A stretch of 64,000 nucleotides of DNA from Phaeosaccion multiseriatum (Eukaryota; Protista; Ochrophyta, other classes). Each line of letters opens with the position of its first letter. Positions within the stretch are counted from its first letter, which is position 1. The stretch is taken from assembly GCA_965112735.1 (NCBI GenBank), contig OZ218960.1, positions 2,232,001 through 2,296,000 on the forward strand. The letters run 5' to 3'. The notes under the pieces are model-generated. The model made no database searches and had not been told where the DNA came from. It was given only the letters and a program-made list of their open reading frames with translations. Position numbers and translations under genes: made by a program. Below, piece after piece: positions 12,832 through 25,490 of the stretch.

Positions 12832-13866
12832 TCTCCCTCTCTCTATCCCTCTATCCCTCTCTCCATCTCTCTCTCTTCCTCTCTCTCTATCTCTCTCTTA
12901 TCTCTCTCTCTCCCTCTCTGGCTGAAGATCATGTACGGGGTTATATCTGAGGAGGAGATCCAGGGGTACCGGCCTATTGTCCACTTCAACACTGTCGACG
13001 CCATCTCAACCCTGGCGAAGCAGTGCCATTTCCTTGGCCTGTATGAAGGCTGCGCGGACAGAGAAAGCCTGGAGCTGGTCGCTAACCTGACGGAGGGGCA
13101 GACACTCGATGAAAGGATAGGAGCAGAGATCGCCAAGGTGTGGGCCTGCCCAGCCGTTCAGAGGACGTGGGACCGTAGAAACGAGTTCCAGATTGTCGAG
13201 TCACACAAGTACTTCCTGGAGAACATTGGCCGCATTAGCCAGACAGAGTACGTTCCTTCCTTGGAAGATATTCTGCACGTGCGTGTACAGAGCCTGGGCA
13301 TTGTGGTGGACTCGTATGTGATAAACGGTCATAAGTTCGAAATGTACGACGTGGGCGGGCAGCGCAACGAGAGGAGGAAATGGATACACCTCTTCGACAA
13401 CGTGTCAGCGGTCATTTACGGTATGTGTGCGTGTGTGGGTGTTTATCTGTGTGCGGGTGCGTGTGGGTGTGTGCGTGCGTGGGTGTGTGTATGCGTGTCT
13501 GTACCTCCCCCCTTCCCCCCTCTCCCCTCTTTGATCTCTCTCCCTCCCCTCCTCTCCCTGCCTCAAGTCGCGAGCTTGAGTGATTTTGACCAGCGCTTGG
13601 TGGAAGACTCTAGCACCAATCGAATGGTCGAGGCCATCGAGTTGTTTGGAGAGGTGAGAGATGCGTCATACTGCGAGGGAGGAGGGACGGAATGACAGAG
13701 CCTTTTAAGAGGCATGGGAGAGGGAGGGATAGACAGTCAGGTGTAGGGTAGAGGAGGTGCTCCTGTGTAGCCCACTGCCGCACCACTACTGCAGTGCCCT
13801 GTAGCTTGATTTAGCCTCGCGTGATTCTGCGATGGGTGGGTGTACGGGTGTCCAGACACACGCGCA

Positions 13867-13913
<47 letters not shown>

Positions 13914-14412
13914 CACACACAAACGCACACGCCCCGTCGCCCCCCCTCGCTGCAGCTGTGCCAGAACGCCTACTTCCATGATTCTTGCATCATCTTATTC
14001 CTCAACAAGAGGGACTTATTTGAAGAGAAGGTGAGAGAGAGACAGGGAGACCTTGTTTCCGTGTGCTGTCGTAGCGGAGGTGGGGTGTGAACGAAGCAAG
14101 CTCGGACTGTACTTTAGATCCCTCTTGTTGTCTCAAGACCCCCCCTCCTCCCTGTGCCCATTCATGCTAAAGATCCAGACCAAGGCCATTGGAGAGTTGG
14201 AGGAGTGGAGCGATTTTTCAGGGATTGAAACGGAATTTGACTCCGGTGTGGAGTACTTCCTGGGCAAGTTTATTGAAGCCAAAGGGCCGGTCAAGAAGCA
14301 AATTTATCATCACGTCACCTGTGCAACTGACACAGACAACGTGAGAGTGGTTTTCAACTCGTGCCAAAACACGGTCCTGTCTTGGAACATGAAGAATATC
14401 ATGTGCGACTGA
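12468..14412 (+). CDS. Heterotrimeric G protein alpha subunit, about 5 exons
   Basis: MGCGQS acylation motif, KLLLLGPGEGGKST, DVGGQRNERRKWIH, LFLNKRD, TCATDT. Confidence 0.95.
12712..12918 (+). repeat. (CT)n microsatellite in G-alpha intron 1
   Basis: Direct reading. Confidence 0.93.
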
Positions 14413-14439
14413 TGAGAGCTGGTGGCAGGGAAGCACAGC

Positions 14440-17409
14440 TCAAAAGCCGTGAAAGAGCGACTGTGGACCGGTGTACTCCACAACGAGGTCTGCCTGCTCA
14501 CCAGCGTCTCTGCTGCTATCGTCCGCCATCTTGCGCTCCACCCATTGCTGGTTCGTCTGCACCGGCACGAGCGGTGCTGAGCTCTTCTCTGACAAGAGCT
14601 CCTGCCAGTCGAAAGCCGGGCTCCCTTCGAACCATTCGTGGTCCATGATGTCTCTCACGCCTCCGCGGAGGTTACCGAGGCGATACGAATCATTTTGGTT
14701 GAGCAGGCGTCGGATCAAGTCAGCCGCCTTGGGGTCAAAGTTTGGTGGGAAGACGAGGAAGCGCTCACTGCCAATGGCCTTTTTGAAAATCTCGCTGTGA
14801 CTGGTGTGGGCAAACGGAGTTCTTCCGCATAAGAGCTCATACGTCAGACAGCCCAAGGCCCAGTAGTCGACGCTTTTGGTGTGCCCTCGGGAGAGGATTA
14901 GCTCGGGCGCGAGGTAGTCGGGGGTGCCGCACAGCGTGAAGGACTTGGCCTTCAGCACTTTGGCAAACCCGAAGTCAATCATCTTCAGATATCCGGCCTG
15001 CGGGCGAGGCGGGGCAGAGCAGGGCGGGGGGGGGGGGGGGGCGATATCAATCAACCACCGTCGGGAATGGGAAGCGTGGTGGCTCGTCGCATGGCATCGC
15101 ATGGTCCGTCAGTCAGTCAGTCACACGACAGCACAGCACAGTAGCCTCCCTCTCACCTCAGAGATGAGGAGGTTCTCGGGCTTAATGTCTCGGTACGCAA
15201 TGTGCGTGTGGTGAAGGTATTGGAGGCACAGCACAACACTCGCCACGTAGAACATGGCTGCAGGTGTGGCAAAGCCGCCAAAGCTGGAGCGAGGGATTTG
15301 CTGCATCATGCTGGGGTCGTAAATGTAGCTCCACAGCTCCCCCCCCAGCACCACTTCTGTGAGCATGAACAGCTCGTGCACGGTGTTGAAGGTGGCGTAG
15401 AGCTTGACAATGAAGGGGTGATCGCACGCCATGAGAATGTTCTTCTCGTTGAGAATGTTCTTGTGTTGGTGGCTCTTGGCGATTTGCGCCTTCATGAGGC
15501 ACTTGAGGGCAAAGTACTCCTCCGTTGGCGTGTGCTTCACCATCTTCACCCTCCCAAAGGTGCCCTTGCCAAGTGTGCAAACCTGTAACAGCACACAGAG
15601 TGGAAAGACACACGCATATCATCGATGCATACGATGTCAGAGTACTACTTCTCTGTAAGCCAGCCGGCCCCACCAATGCTGCAAGACCACCACCGACTCA
15701 CTCACCTTGACCAGACACGTCAGCTCGATGTCGGACCGCGCCTGCCGTACAGTATTTGTCTGGAGCCCTGTCTGCTCCTCCCTCCGCCTCACATCTTCTG
15801 ACAGAACTGGGCCCAAGGGCTCTTTGAGCAGAAGCAGAAAGTTCTGACGATGCAGAACGAGGCAGTCCACCGCCCCCCTCGCGACATAGTTGTAGTCTGC
15901 CCGCTCGTTGTGCAGCAGCTCTCGTTGCCCAAAGAACTCCGACTTGCCCAAACAAAGCAACTCCTTCTCCCCCCCCGTGGGTCCAACCTCATTTCGTGTG
16001 CACACCACGTCTCCCTCATTGATGATGAAGAATCGGGTGCCTTCCTCCCCCTGCCGCACAATGTGCTCTCCATCCTCAAAGCTCTGCACACACAGAGAGT
16101 CTGCCACCGCGCAGAGATCGTCGTGTGAAAGGTCTTTAAGTAACGGCACGCTCTGCAAAATCCTCAGACGCATATAGTTTCGCATAATGTCCTGCACCGG
16201 GCCCAACAGCTGAAAGAAGTGATTTCTATTCAGAGTCAGGAGGTTCACTGGCCCTCCGACGGCAATGCAATTTGCCGCCCGCGGCTCCTCCAGCATGAGC
16301 GCCATTTCTCCAAAGTAGTCCCCTCTCGTTAGCGTGAGCAGCGGTAGCTCCGTCGTATCCGTAGAGCTCCTGTACTGTGTGCACTGCACGGTGCCCGACT
16401 CAATAAGGAAGAAGGTATCCCCCACTTCCCCCTGCCGCACAATGTACTCATTCTCATTGTACTTCCAACTCTCTAGCGCGCCCGCCAGCTTGTTGAGCTG
16501 GTCATTGCCAAGGGGGTCTAGGTGAGTCACCTTCCGCAGGAAATCGCACCTCGTCACCATTGACGTGCTGGCCGACTTGGCTAGCGTCTGTCGGAAGGTC
16601 CTCAAGTCGACTGACCACAGACGACATGGCGTTACTGTCCGGATAGACGCTGCCCGTTCGCAATTGTACATGAGAGCCAGCTCCCCGAAACTGCCACCGG
16701 GACCATACTTGGCCACTATGTCGCCATTCACAATACACTCTGCCACCCCGTCCTCGAGCACGTAAAACTTGTCGCCCGTCTCGCCCTGAGTTATTACCAT
16801 CTGCCCGCTGGGAAAGCTCAGAGCCCTCATCACATCCACGCAACCCTCCAGATCGCTGGGGTCCAGCGCAGCAAACAGAAAGTGGCCTCGAAGGGCCTGC
16901 ACCAGAAGATCTCGTGTCTGTTTGTTCTTGAAGATCAATTGTGGCGTCTCTTCCAGCCCACTCCGACCTGCATCTCTAACAAACGTAGCTGGGTTGTTAA
17001 CAATAGCGGCGCGCTTCAGCGGGGGGGAAGTGGACGCCCGTTTCTCCCTCTCTTCCTGTCTGGTGCTGCAGCTGGCGCTGGTTGTCAAAGGTATTGGAGG
17101 CAGAGCGTGGTTCGCCATCTGTCCGTGCTCTTCCGAGGGTAGCTTTCTCCGACTTTGGTGTTGTTGCTGCTGCTGCTGCTGCGTATGGGATGGGGGGGGA
17201 GGGGGCTTCGGCTGCTCAGGCTCATCTATCTTTAAAGGAAAGTGGCCCTGCTGGACCCCACTGCTCTGTCCCTGCTTCTGGTGCTGCTCCCTCTCCTGCT
17301 TCTGCTTCTCCTGCTTCCCGTCTTCCTCGTATGTCGCGCCAGATGAGTCCTGCTGCTGCTCCTTCTGCTGCCGCTGCTGCTTTCCCTGCCGATATGGCTG
17401 ATGGTACAT
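14440..17409 (-). CDS. cNMP-regulated AGC kinase with PKG architecture (3 cNMP-binding domains fused to a kinase), 3 exons
   Basis: FGELAL..RAA, FGEMAL..RAA, a degenerate third cassette; GKGTFG, YRDIKPEN, DFGFAK, TLCGTPDYLAPE. Confidence 0.92.
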
Positions 17410-17537
17410 TTAAGAACTTTGGGGGGGAAATGTTGAAAATGTGGAAGGAGGGAAAGAAAATGGAAAGGATCGCGAAGTGAGCTGAAATTCGAATTTGTGG
17501 TGGTTCAGCTCTCTTCGCACCACCTACCTTCATAAAG

Positions 17538-19119
17538 ATGGCACGGTTCAGGGGGCCACCGCGCCTGCAATTCCTCCTAGTGCTCGTTGCAGTGGCAACT
17601 GCAGGGTCTCCAATCCTCGCCTTTCAGGGGTTGGGTCGTGGGGGCCTCCATGTCCCCAGCAACTATCGGCAACAGCAGCCTTTGGCTCCCACAGTTCGGC
17701 AGCAGCAGCAGCAGGGGCAGCAGCAGCAGGGGCAGCAGCAACAGGGCAGGAGGGGGGGGGTTTCCTCGTTACGGGCCGAGGTGCTGCCTGAAGGTGGTGT
17801 CTCACCCTGCATCATTAAGGTACTGCCTTCATGCGTGTGGGGATATGTCCAATTTGTATATCCAACAACCGCCCCCGCTCTTCCTTTTTAACTCTATGCA
17901 CCAGGTCGTCGGTGTGGGCGGAGGCGGAGGAAATGCTGTGCAACGGATGACGCAGCAACCAATACCTGGCGTTGCGTTTTGGCTTGTAAACACAGATGCG
18001 CAGGTGTGTGGGTGATGGGTGTGTTCAAAAATGGCAGTCCATTGAGCAATCTCTGAACACCTTCTTTTGCTCCCGCTCGCTCAGGCCATTAGCGGGTGCA
18101 CAACGGGGATTAAGACTCTGCAAATTGGGAACGACGTGACCCGCGGGCTTGGGGCTGGTGGTATTCCAGACATTGGGAGGAGAGCTGCCGAGGAGTCGAG
18201 GAATGACATTATGGAGGTGGTGGCGGGGGCCGACATGGTGTTTGTCACGGCGGGTATGGGGGGGGGTACTGGTTCAGGAGCGGCGCCCGTAGTGGCGGAG
18301 ATTGCAAAGGAGATGGGCGCATTGACGGTGGGCGTGGTGACGAAGCCTTTTGGGTTTGAGGGGAGGCGACGAATGAACCAAGCGAATGCCGCCATCAACG
18401 AGCTGCGCGCCGCAGTAGACACCCTCATTGTGGTGGCAAATGACAAGCTGCTGGAGATTATCCCGCCCAACACGCCCGTGGAAAAGTCGTTTTCCGTGGC
18501 AGATGATATTCTTCGGCAGGGTGTGGTGGGGATTTCGGAAATCATTGTCCGGCCGGGACTCATCAACGTGGACTTTGCCGATGTGCGCTCAGTCATGTCC
18601 AATGCAGGCACAGCACTCATGGGTATTGGGCGGGGGGAGGGCAAGACGAGGGCCGAAGATGCTGCGGCCGCGGCCATCAGCTCCCCCCTGCTTGAGGCCC
18701 CCATTGACAAGGCAAAGGGCATTGTGTTTAACATTGTGGGCGGCAGAGACATGTCTTTGCAAGAAATCAACGCAGCAGCGGAGGTCATTTACGACAACGT
18801 GGACCCATCTGCCAACATCATCTTCGGCGCCTTGGTGGACGACAGAATGGAGGGCGAGATTAGCATCACTGTTCTCGCCACTGGCTTTGCCTCCGGCGAC
18901 GACGAAGTCATGGACTACGGGGAGGACGTGAAGCGGGGCGCAGCCAAGCGTGGCGGAGGGACTATGAAACGCGATGTGCAACCCCCCCCGCGACCGTCCC
19001 CGCGGCCTTCTTCCTACTCGCCCCCTGCCCCGTCCTCCATGCCCGAGCCGCCCGAGCCTGCCGCCCCGAAAAACGACATTCCAGACTTTCTCACTCGCCT
19101 AAAGCGCTCCCGGAAATAG
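17538..19119 (+). CDS. ftsZ: Plastid division protein FtsZ with bipartite targeting presequence, 3 exons
   Basis: [31 protein letters not shown]-terminal core IPDFL; hydrophobic signal peptide followed by LAF. Confidence 0.96.
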
Positions 19120-19452
19120 ATAGTCCTCTTCCGGAAGGAAATATAGAGACTGATTTTAACTTAATCGTACTACTGTACCTACTGCTCGAGCTAATACCGT
19201 GTAACGCCATCCTTTTGATAGTGACCAATTGCAATCGGCAAGTAGAGAGGCAGAGAGAGGTGAATGGCGCAAAAGACCGGCTTAAATTATAAGGGGGTGT
19301 AGGGCCTGGCAGAGGAGCGAACGAGGAAGGGGTTATGTATTGACGAGGAAGGGGGAGCGCGCGGGCGATCCTAACCGTTTCACAGGTTGGCGGGTTCGAA
19401 TACAACCAACGTTTGAGCCCACCACGGTCCCCCTCCCACTGCGAGGGCTCTT

Positions 19453-22400
19453 ATGAGTGGCGGCAGGCGGCGGTCTCTGCAAGACCTTGGCGCTGCCGCT
19501 GCCACGAGCAGCAGCCGTAGCAGACACAGCTTCTTCAGAAAGAGCGGCGAGGCGGCTTGGAGGAATCGAGAGTCGTGGCCGGCTCTTCGGGAGCAGCTAT
19601 CGAGTCTGCCGCCAGAGCATGACGCGGAAGAGGCAGTGCGCGCCGTGCTCGGCAAGATTGCAGCTAGATCACTGCCCTGCACTCAGCTCGAGGCTTCAGA
19701 GTGCGGCAGGCTGGTTGCGACGCTGTGCACGTACTGTCCCACGAGAAGCCAAGACTTGTGCACACAGTTGGCGGCATTGGTTGCGCGGCTCTTTGAGCAG
19801 GGACAGAAAATGACCTTTCGACCGCTGGAGCTGGAGGTGACTGTGCTCTTACTCACGTCGCGGCTTGAGTTGCTGGGGAACTCCAACGACGCGTCGCTTG
19901 GGGGTATTCTTCGGGCGTTGGCGCAGGTTGCGACCGACCACGGGGCGCAGCTTCATGGGGCTGAAATCCTGCACCGTATTGTTCCTTTGCTCTTTCTGCA
20001 CGTGGATTCGAGTGTATTGGAGGCTCGCCACGCGGCCATTGACGCACTGGTTGGCTTCTCCTTGTCCTCAGGCAGAGATGCTTCAGAAGCAGCACTATCC
20101 AATTGGGAGTGCTTGCGCAAGGAGCAGCACGAGGCCTTGGCCCTTGCTCTGGTCGAGAATTTGTGCTCCGCGAGACTCTCTGATGCAGCCAGATATGTTC
20201 ACGTGCAAGCCTCTTGCGCCACTGGGCTGAGGATGATGGCCACATGCTGTGCACAGACCCTTGGCGTGATGTCTCCTCATGTGCCGCGCATCGTTTTGGC
20301 CCTCAACCACATTGTCCAGCCCCCTTCCACAAGCTCGAACGAAAAGGGAAAGCTCGACGATGGTTGGAGGACGCGAGTGGAGGGGGTGGCACTCCTCAGA
20401 GCCCTGGCGCTGACCAGCCCCAAACTTATGCAATCTCATTGGACGCTGTTCCTTCCCATGGCGGCGACACGACGACCACTGCCTGACACTCCACCACCAC
20501 CACCATCAACTGCCCCAGCCTTGGTTCTCCCAGCAGGGCTCCTCAACCTTTGTGAAAGCGATGCGTCTGAGAAGGTCAGGGCCGGGGCCGCCGCTGCCGT
20601 CAGCAGTCTTGTTGGTGGAGCTCCGTTGCGCGTGTGGCTGGCCTCTTCGTCGCACCAGGGCTCTTCTGCAGGGGGGGAGCACAGCAATGTGCGAAAGATT
20701 ATGGACCAGCTTCACATGAGATTGAATGCTTGTCTGCACAGCGAAAAGTCGCAGCAAGTGCTGGCCTTGCTATGCGAGTGCGTGTGTGTTGTCACAGGAC
20801 TCATGCCTTACACCCAGGGGGGAGAAGGAGGAGGACACGGGGGCGCGGAGGCAGAACAGCAGCAAAAGCTGATGGGACAGGATCGTCTTTTAGGAGAGCT
20901 CATGCGCACGCTAGCTGCGCTGGTGTTTGCAGAGGACAGCACCTGGCCCACTCGCAACCTGGCGACCCAGACTCTCGTCAATGTTTTGCATCCCCCGGGA
21001 GTGCCCCACGCCCCGCCCTGCCTTTTGGTGATCAATGCTTTTTGCGCAGGTGGGACTTTCGACCATCACACCACCCCCTTTCTTGACAGCGTGCTGCAAG
21101 CGCTCGAGGAGGAGAGCCCTCTGAGGCCCATGCGGGCAGGCCTTTTGCTGCTTCTCGCGAAGGTCGCCAAGACATACCCTTGGCATTTGCTCTCCCGCAA
21201 GAGCACTTTTGCCTGCCTGTCGGAGACGCTGTTTCGGCTGTTTGGAGACGAGGATCAGAACATTCGGCTGCACTCCCTCAAGCTGCTGGAGGAAGTACTG
21301 CTCTGCAGAAGCAAGCTCGTGACTGGGCAGCACTTCCTGTCCGAGGCCTACGTGAGCGCGCTTTGCACACGCCACTTGAGCCGCGCGCTGCAAGACCCCT
21401 TCCACGGAGTAAGAGCTGTAGCCTGCTCTTGCCATTGGTGAGTGAGTGTACAGTTCCTTTGAAAAGGAAAGAGGAGTTGTGGTGTACGTTGCGGCTCATT
21501 GACTGTCCACCCACCCCCCAAAGTGCTCTGTCAGTCCAAGACTGGACGGGCTTGAAGGCTGAGGACCGGAGCCAGTGCGTTGAGCGCGTGTTTGCGGGTG
21601 TGGCAGATACGCACCCGGGGGTCGTAGCCTTGGCGGTCAAAGTGGTGGGCACTCTGGCCGGGCTGGCATCAGCTGGGGAGGCAGGCCACACCATCTTTGG
21701 GGCGCCAGCCTTCCAGTCCAGGGCAGTGGATGCTCTGCTCGGGCTCTTGCATGCTACAACAAATCAGAGCATTCGGTCGCAGGTGAGAGGCCACAAGCCT
21801 ATGTATGGATCAACGCTTTTTGTTGCCCCTTCGCCTGACCCACCGCAGGCCTTTCTTGCGGTCAGCAATATGGCGGCTGCTCTGTTTGCCCTCGCAGCAG
21901 GTGATGGTGCTGCTGCTGTCCCTGCGGCCAGTCCTCGAGCAGGAGCGCTGGACCAGAACCGACTACAGGAGCTGCTGGCGGTGACAGTGGCGGCCATCGG
22001 TGACGCGGATCGGATATCTGCGGGGGCCATTCGCGCAGCTGGTTTGTTGGCGTGCCTGGTCAGCGGCTGTCCGCGGCTCCAGGACGAGGCCATTTGCTCC
22101 CTCCTGGGGGGCGCCTTTGGTGGACAGCCCCCAGCGGTGGAGGACGAGCTGGCTGCGCTGCACCTGCCCAGGACGCAGAGTGCCAAGGGGCGCTGGAACT
22201 GCTGCAATGCGCTCAGCGTGCTGCTGCAGCACCCCTCCGTACAGGCGAGGCTGGCCGAGGCATCGTGGAGACACCTTGCTACCAAGGTGCTCTGCGCAGC
22301 CGTTACGTACGACGAGAGCTTCAAGGTGCGGATACACGCTGCCGCTGCTCTGAGATCGAACAAGTCCCCGCAAGCGCACGGGAAGGGTATCTTACTCCTG

Positions 22401-23036
22401 TTGCGAACTGCCATCCTCGGCTTCCCGGTAGGTTGAGGCGTGTTTCAAACAGCAGCTGGTCCTTCCCTTTTCACACTCACACACACACACACACACACAC
22501 ACGCGCGCGCGCAGGTATTTGCCTCCCGATCTACCGACGACGCGAGTCAGCGGAAGTTCGCGTCCAAGCTGGAGCAGGAGCTCAGGAAGCTCGCGTGGCA
22601 CACCTTGACTCTCGTACTGCTCCTCGTGCCGACGGAGGAGGAGCAGCAAAGCCTTTGGGACCACAGCGACATTTGGGGGCAAGCAGCGTGGCTCTGGACC
22701 GACACGAGCAGCGCGGCGTGTGAGGGGGCAGAGTTGGACATGCACGAGTACAAGCTCTCTGTGGCCAGCGTGTTGGCCGAGCTGCTCGACGCGTGTCACT
22801 CATCATCGGACGAAGCACAAAGCACCCAGGGATGGGAGAGGCGTGCGCCCGTAAAGACTGTCCTACTGCTCCGAATCCGCTCAGTCATGTTGACTCAGCC
22901 GTACGTGCCTCAGAGCGAGGTGCGAGCGCTACAAACGGAGGTGGAGCGAGCCTTGAGGTACTGCCTTTGGGGCATGGAGCAGGGGGTGGTCTTTGATTAC
23001 AGCGGCAGCAGCAGCAGGGTGCAGGAGGAGATTTGA
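19453..23036 (+). CDS. HEAT-repeat protein, HEATR6/DUF4042-like, about 4 exons
   Basis: Long Leu/Ala-rich helical ORFs; D.SEKVRAGAA, AKGRWNCCNAL, SFKVRIHAAAAL as in HEATR6. Confidence 0.75.
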
Positions 23037-23246
23037 TTTGTGTTTACTCTCTCTCTCTCTTGACGTGCTTGGTCGGAGGTCAGCTGCTTGGGTGCGGCTT
23101 TATTTACTTCCCGCCCTCAGCTCAGAGCGTATTTAACATCACCCTTGTCGCTCTACATGCCTACCGTATGTACATACACGGCCGCCTGTCATTGCGGGCC
23201 TGCGTCCCGTCGGGGGCCGGAGCGGGGAGGAGGGTCTTCCCTCTCG

Positions 23247-24194
23247 TCACGCGGTGCTGCGCGCTTCCCCCAGTTGGTGCCAACCCGTTTCATTCACGTG
23301 GAACACGTTAATGTGGCCACCAGAGTAGGCGTCTCGATGAGTGGCGTACCGCACGGCCCGAGTGCCTGTGTTGAGGATGTGGACAAGGGCCCAGGGACGA
23401 ACGAAGTGTAAGAGCAGCAGCAGCAGCAACAGGGAGAGAAGCAGCAGCAGCTCACTCACCCAGGTCTGCCGCTTCTCCTATTGTCATGTTGAACCGATAG
23501 TCCGTGTCCAGGACTCCGTAGGCGTAGGTGCTTCCTGAGCCCACCGCAAAATAGTCCCCGGCCATCCGTGAACCTTCACTGTCTACATAATATATGCCCC
23601 CACCAGTTCCGGCATCCCAGCCCATCAGCATGGTGCCTACAGAGAGTGCCAGGCCTTTCAGACCGTGGAGCGTCATGGAGAGCATTAGCGATGCGCTCTT
23701 GAGGCTCCCAGGACTGCCTCGCTCCAGTTCCAGTGCTTTCATCTGATGCATGCATGCAAGGGAATGAAGAGCACTGTCAATATAAACGACAAGGGGGGGA
23801 GGGCCTTGATTGGTCTCCCACTCACCCGTTTCGTCAAATGTCTTAGCCAGAAGGAGCAGTCCGCCGCCCCTCCGGCCATGGTGCCCAAAATAGTATCTGT
23901 GACAGGAATGACTTTCATCACCGACCTCGACCCAATGAAAGATCCCATGCTCGCTCGAGAGTCTACCGCCGCAATCACGCCCCCCTCAAATGTCAGCGCC
24001 ACGGTCGTGGTCCCATGTCTGCAATGGATTGGCTCCGCCCCAGGAGCTTCAATCTCGTGTTGGGCGGAGACTCCAAGCTCCTTGCCATTGAACACCGCTG
24101 CTGCTCCCGCTGCTGCTATGGGTCCTCTACCGGAGCATACTGTTGCTGCTGCTGTTATCCGTAAGCACAGTAGCAATATGCCTGCCAGTCGCAT
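23247..24194 (-). CDS. 20S proteasome beta5-type subunit with an N-terminal signal peptide, 3 exons
   Basis: HG|TTT processing site, [41 protein letters not shown]. Confidence 0.92.
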
Positions 24195-24309
24195 TGGTCA
24201 ATGTGTGGGACTCTGTGAACCGCATCGAAGAACCAACATGACCACAAGGAACAGTTCCTCTCCAATCGTAAAACGTAACAAACCCCCGCCGTCGCCCCCT
24301 CCCAGCAAA

Positions 24310-24933
24310 ATGAGCCTGGCAGGGGAGGGCGTGCCCAAAGCGACACAGGATATGGCGGCCTACTGCTTTGCCGTCTTGGAAAACTGTCTCGCTGGTGCCC
24401 CTCCACCTCAGCCGACCTTTTGCACGGACACGCACTGCCCCTTCTTCGTGACCTGGGAGCTTCGCCAAGGCGGCAACGACGACCAACACCATCTGCGCGG
24501 CTGCATCGGAACGCTCTCTCCACGGCCCCTCTCCGATCTGGCTGACTACACTCGCAGCAGTGCTTTCAGAGATCGACGCTTCGATCCCATCGAAGAAAGG
24601 GAGCTTCCCAAGCTGCGTGTGGCGGTGAGCTTGCTCATCAACTACGAGGAGGCTAGCCACCCGGAAGATTGGGAAGTAGGCCTGCATGGAATCGTCATCA
24701 ATTTCTCCGACCATAAGGGAGGGAAATACACGGCAACCTATCTACCAGAGGTTGCGTCCGAGCAGGGCTGGACACAGAAAGAGGCCTTGGTCTCTCTCAT
24801 CCGCAAGGCTGGGTATCGTGGTACACCTAATGCGACTCTGATGGGGACCCTTTTCGTAACTAGGTACCAGAGTAGCAAAACGAGGCTCTCCTACTCTGAA
24901 TTTCTGGAGCACAGGTCATTGAGGGCCACGTAG
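24310..24933 (+). CDS. AMMECR1-domain protein, intronless
   Basis: PFFVTW, LRGCIGT, SAFRDRRF, WEVGLHGI, ATYLPEVASEQGW. Confidence 0.94.
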   Translation: MSLAGEGVPKATQDMAAYCFAVLENCLAGAPPPQPTFCTDTHCPFFVTWELRQGGNDDQHHLRGCIGTLSPRPLSDLADYTRSSAFRDRRFDPIEERELPKLRVAVSLLINYEEASHPEDWEVGLHGIVINFSDHKGGKYTATYLPEVASEQGWTQKEALVSLIRKAGYRGTPNATLMGTLFVTRYQSSKTRLSYSEFLEHRSLRAT

Positions 24934-25490
24934 GAGCAAGAGAGAACACAACACGCTGCGAGTTGACACTAGCGTTGTACACAAACATGTACAAACATGG
25001 GAGGGAGGGAGGGAGGGAGGGAGGGAGGGAGGGAGCGAGTCGGCGATTTGTTCTGAAGGGGGTTGCTCAGGGCCTTCCGCCGTCAGCCCTCTTTTCGCGA
25101 GATCGACTTGAAGCAATTGTCTCTCGGGAGATGTCGTTGATGGTGACGCGAGGCTCCGATGCTGCCTACGGATGTGAAAAGCGGTGGAGGCACACCAGAG
25201 AGTATGGTCGGAACCACTGTGAGTAGTGAGAGGGCTCGGTAGTGACGGGGGGTTACGGGGTGGGGGGCGGTGTATTTATGAAATTGAGAACACAAACGGG
25301 TGGCCCTTAGGGAGGATGGGCTTTTTTTAAAAGCAGGTCGTGGCTGCGGATCCTTGAGCTCTGCAGCCAGCAGCGAGGAGGTGTACAAAAATGACACAAC
25401 ACAAATTGAGCCTTGATGCGATACCATTCATTCGTCTCATTTCTCTCACCCCCTGACGTGCTATCGATCCTATTTTGCTGCATGCGTTTG

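Noticed and set aside
18081-18788. Long antisense ORFs over FtsZ, PPR, DEX1 and HEATR6
   Set aside because: Expected shadow ORFs of GC-rich coding sequence; no independent motifs
19360-19410. tRNA-like GGTTCGAAT T-loop/B-box with a nearby TTCA loop
   Set aside because: No T-stem pairing, acceptor stem or D-arm could be built
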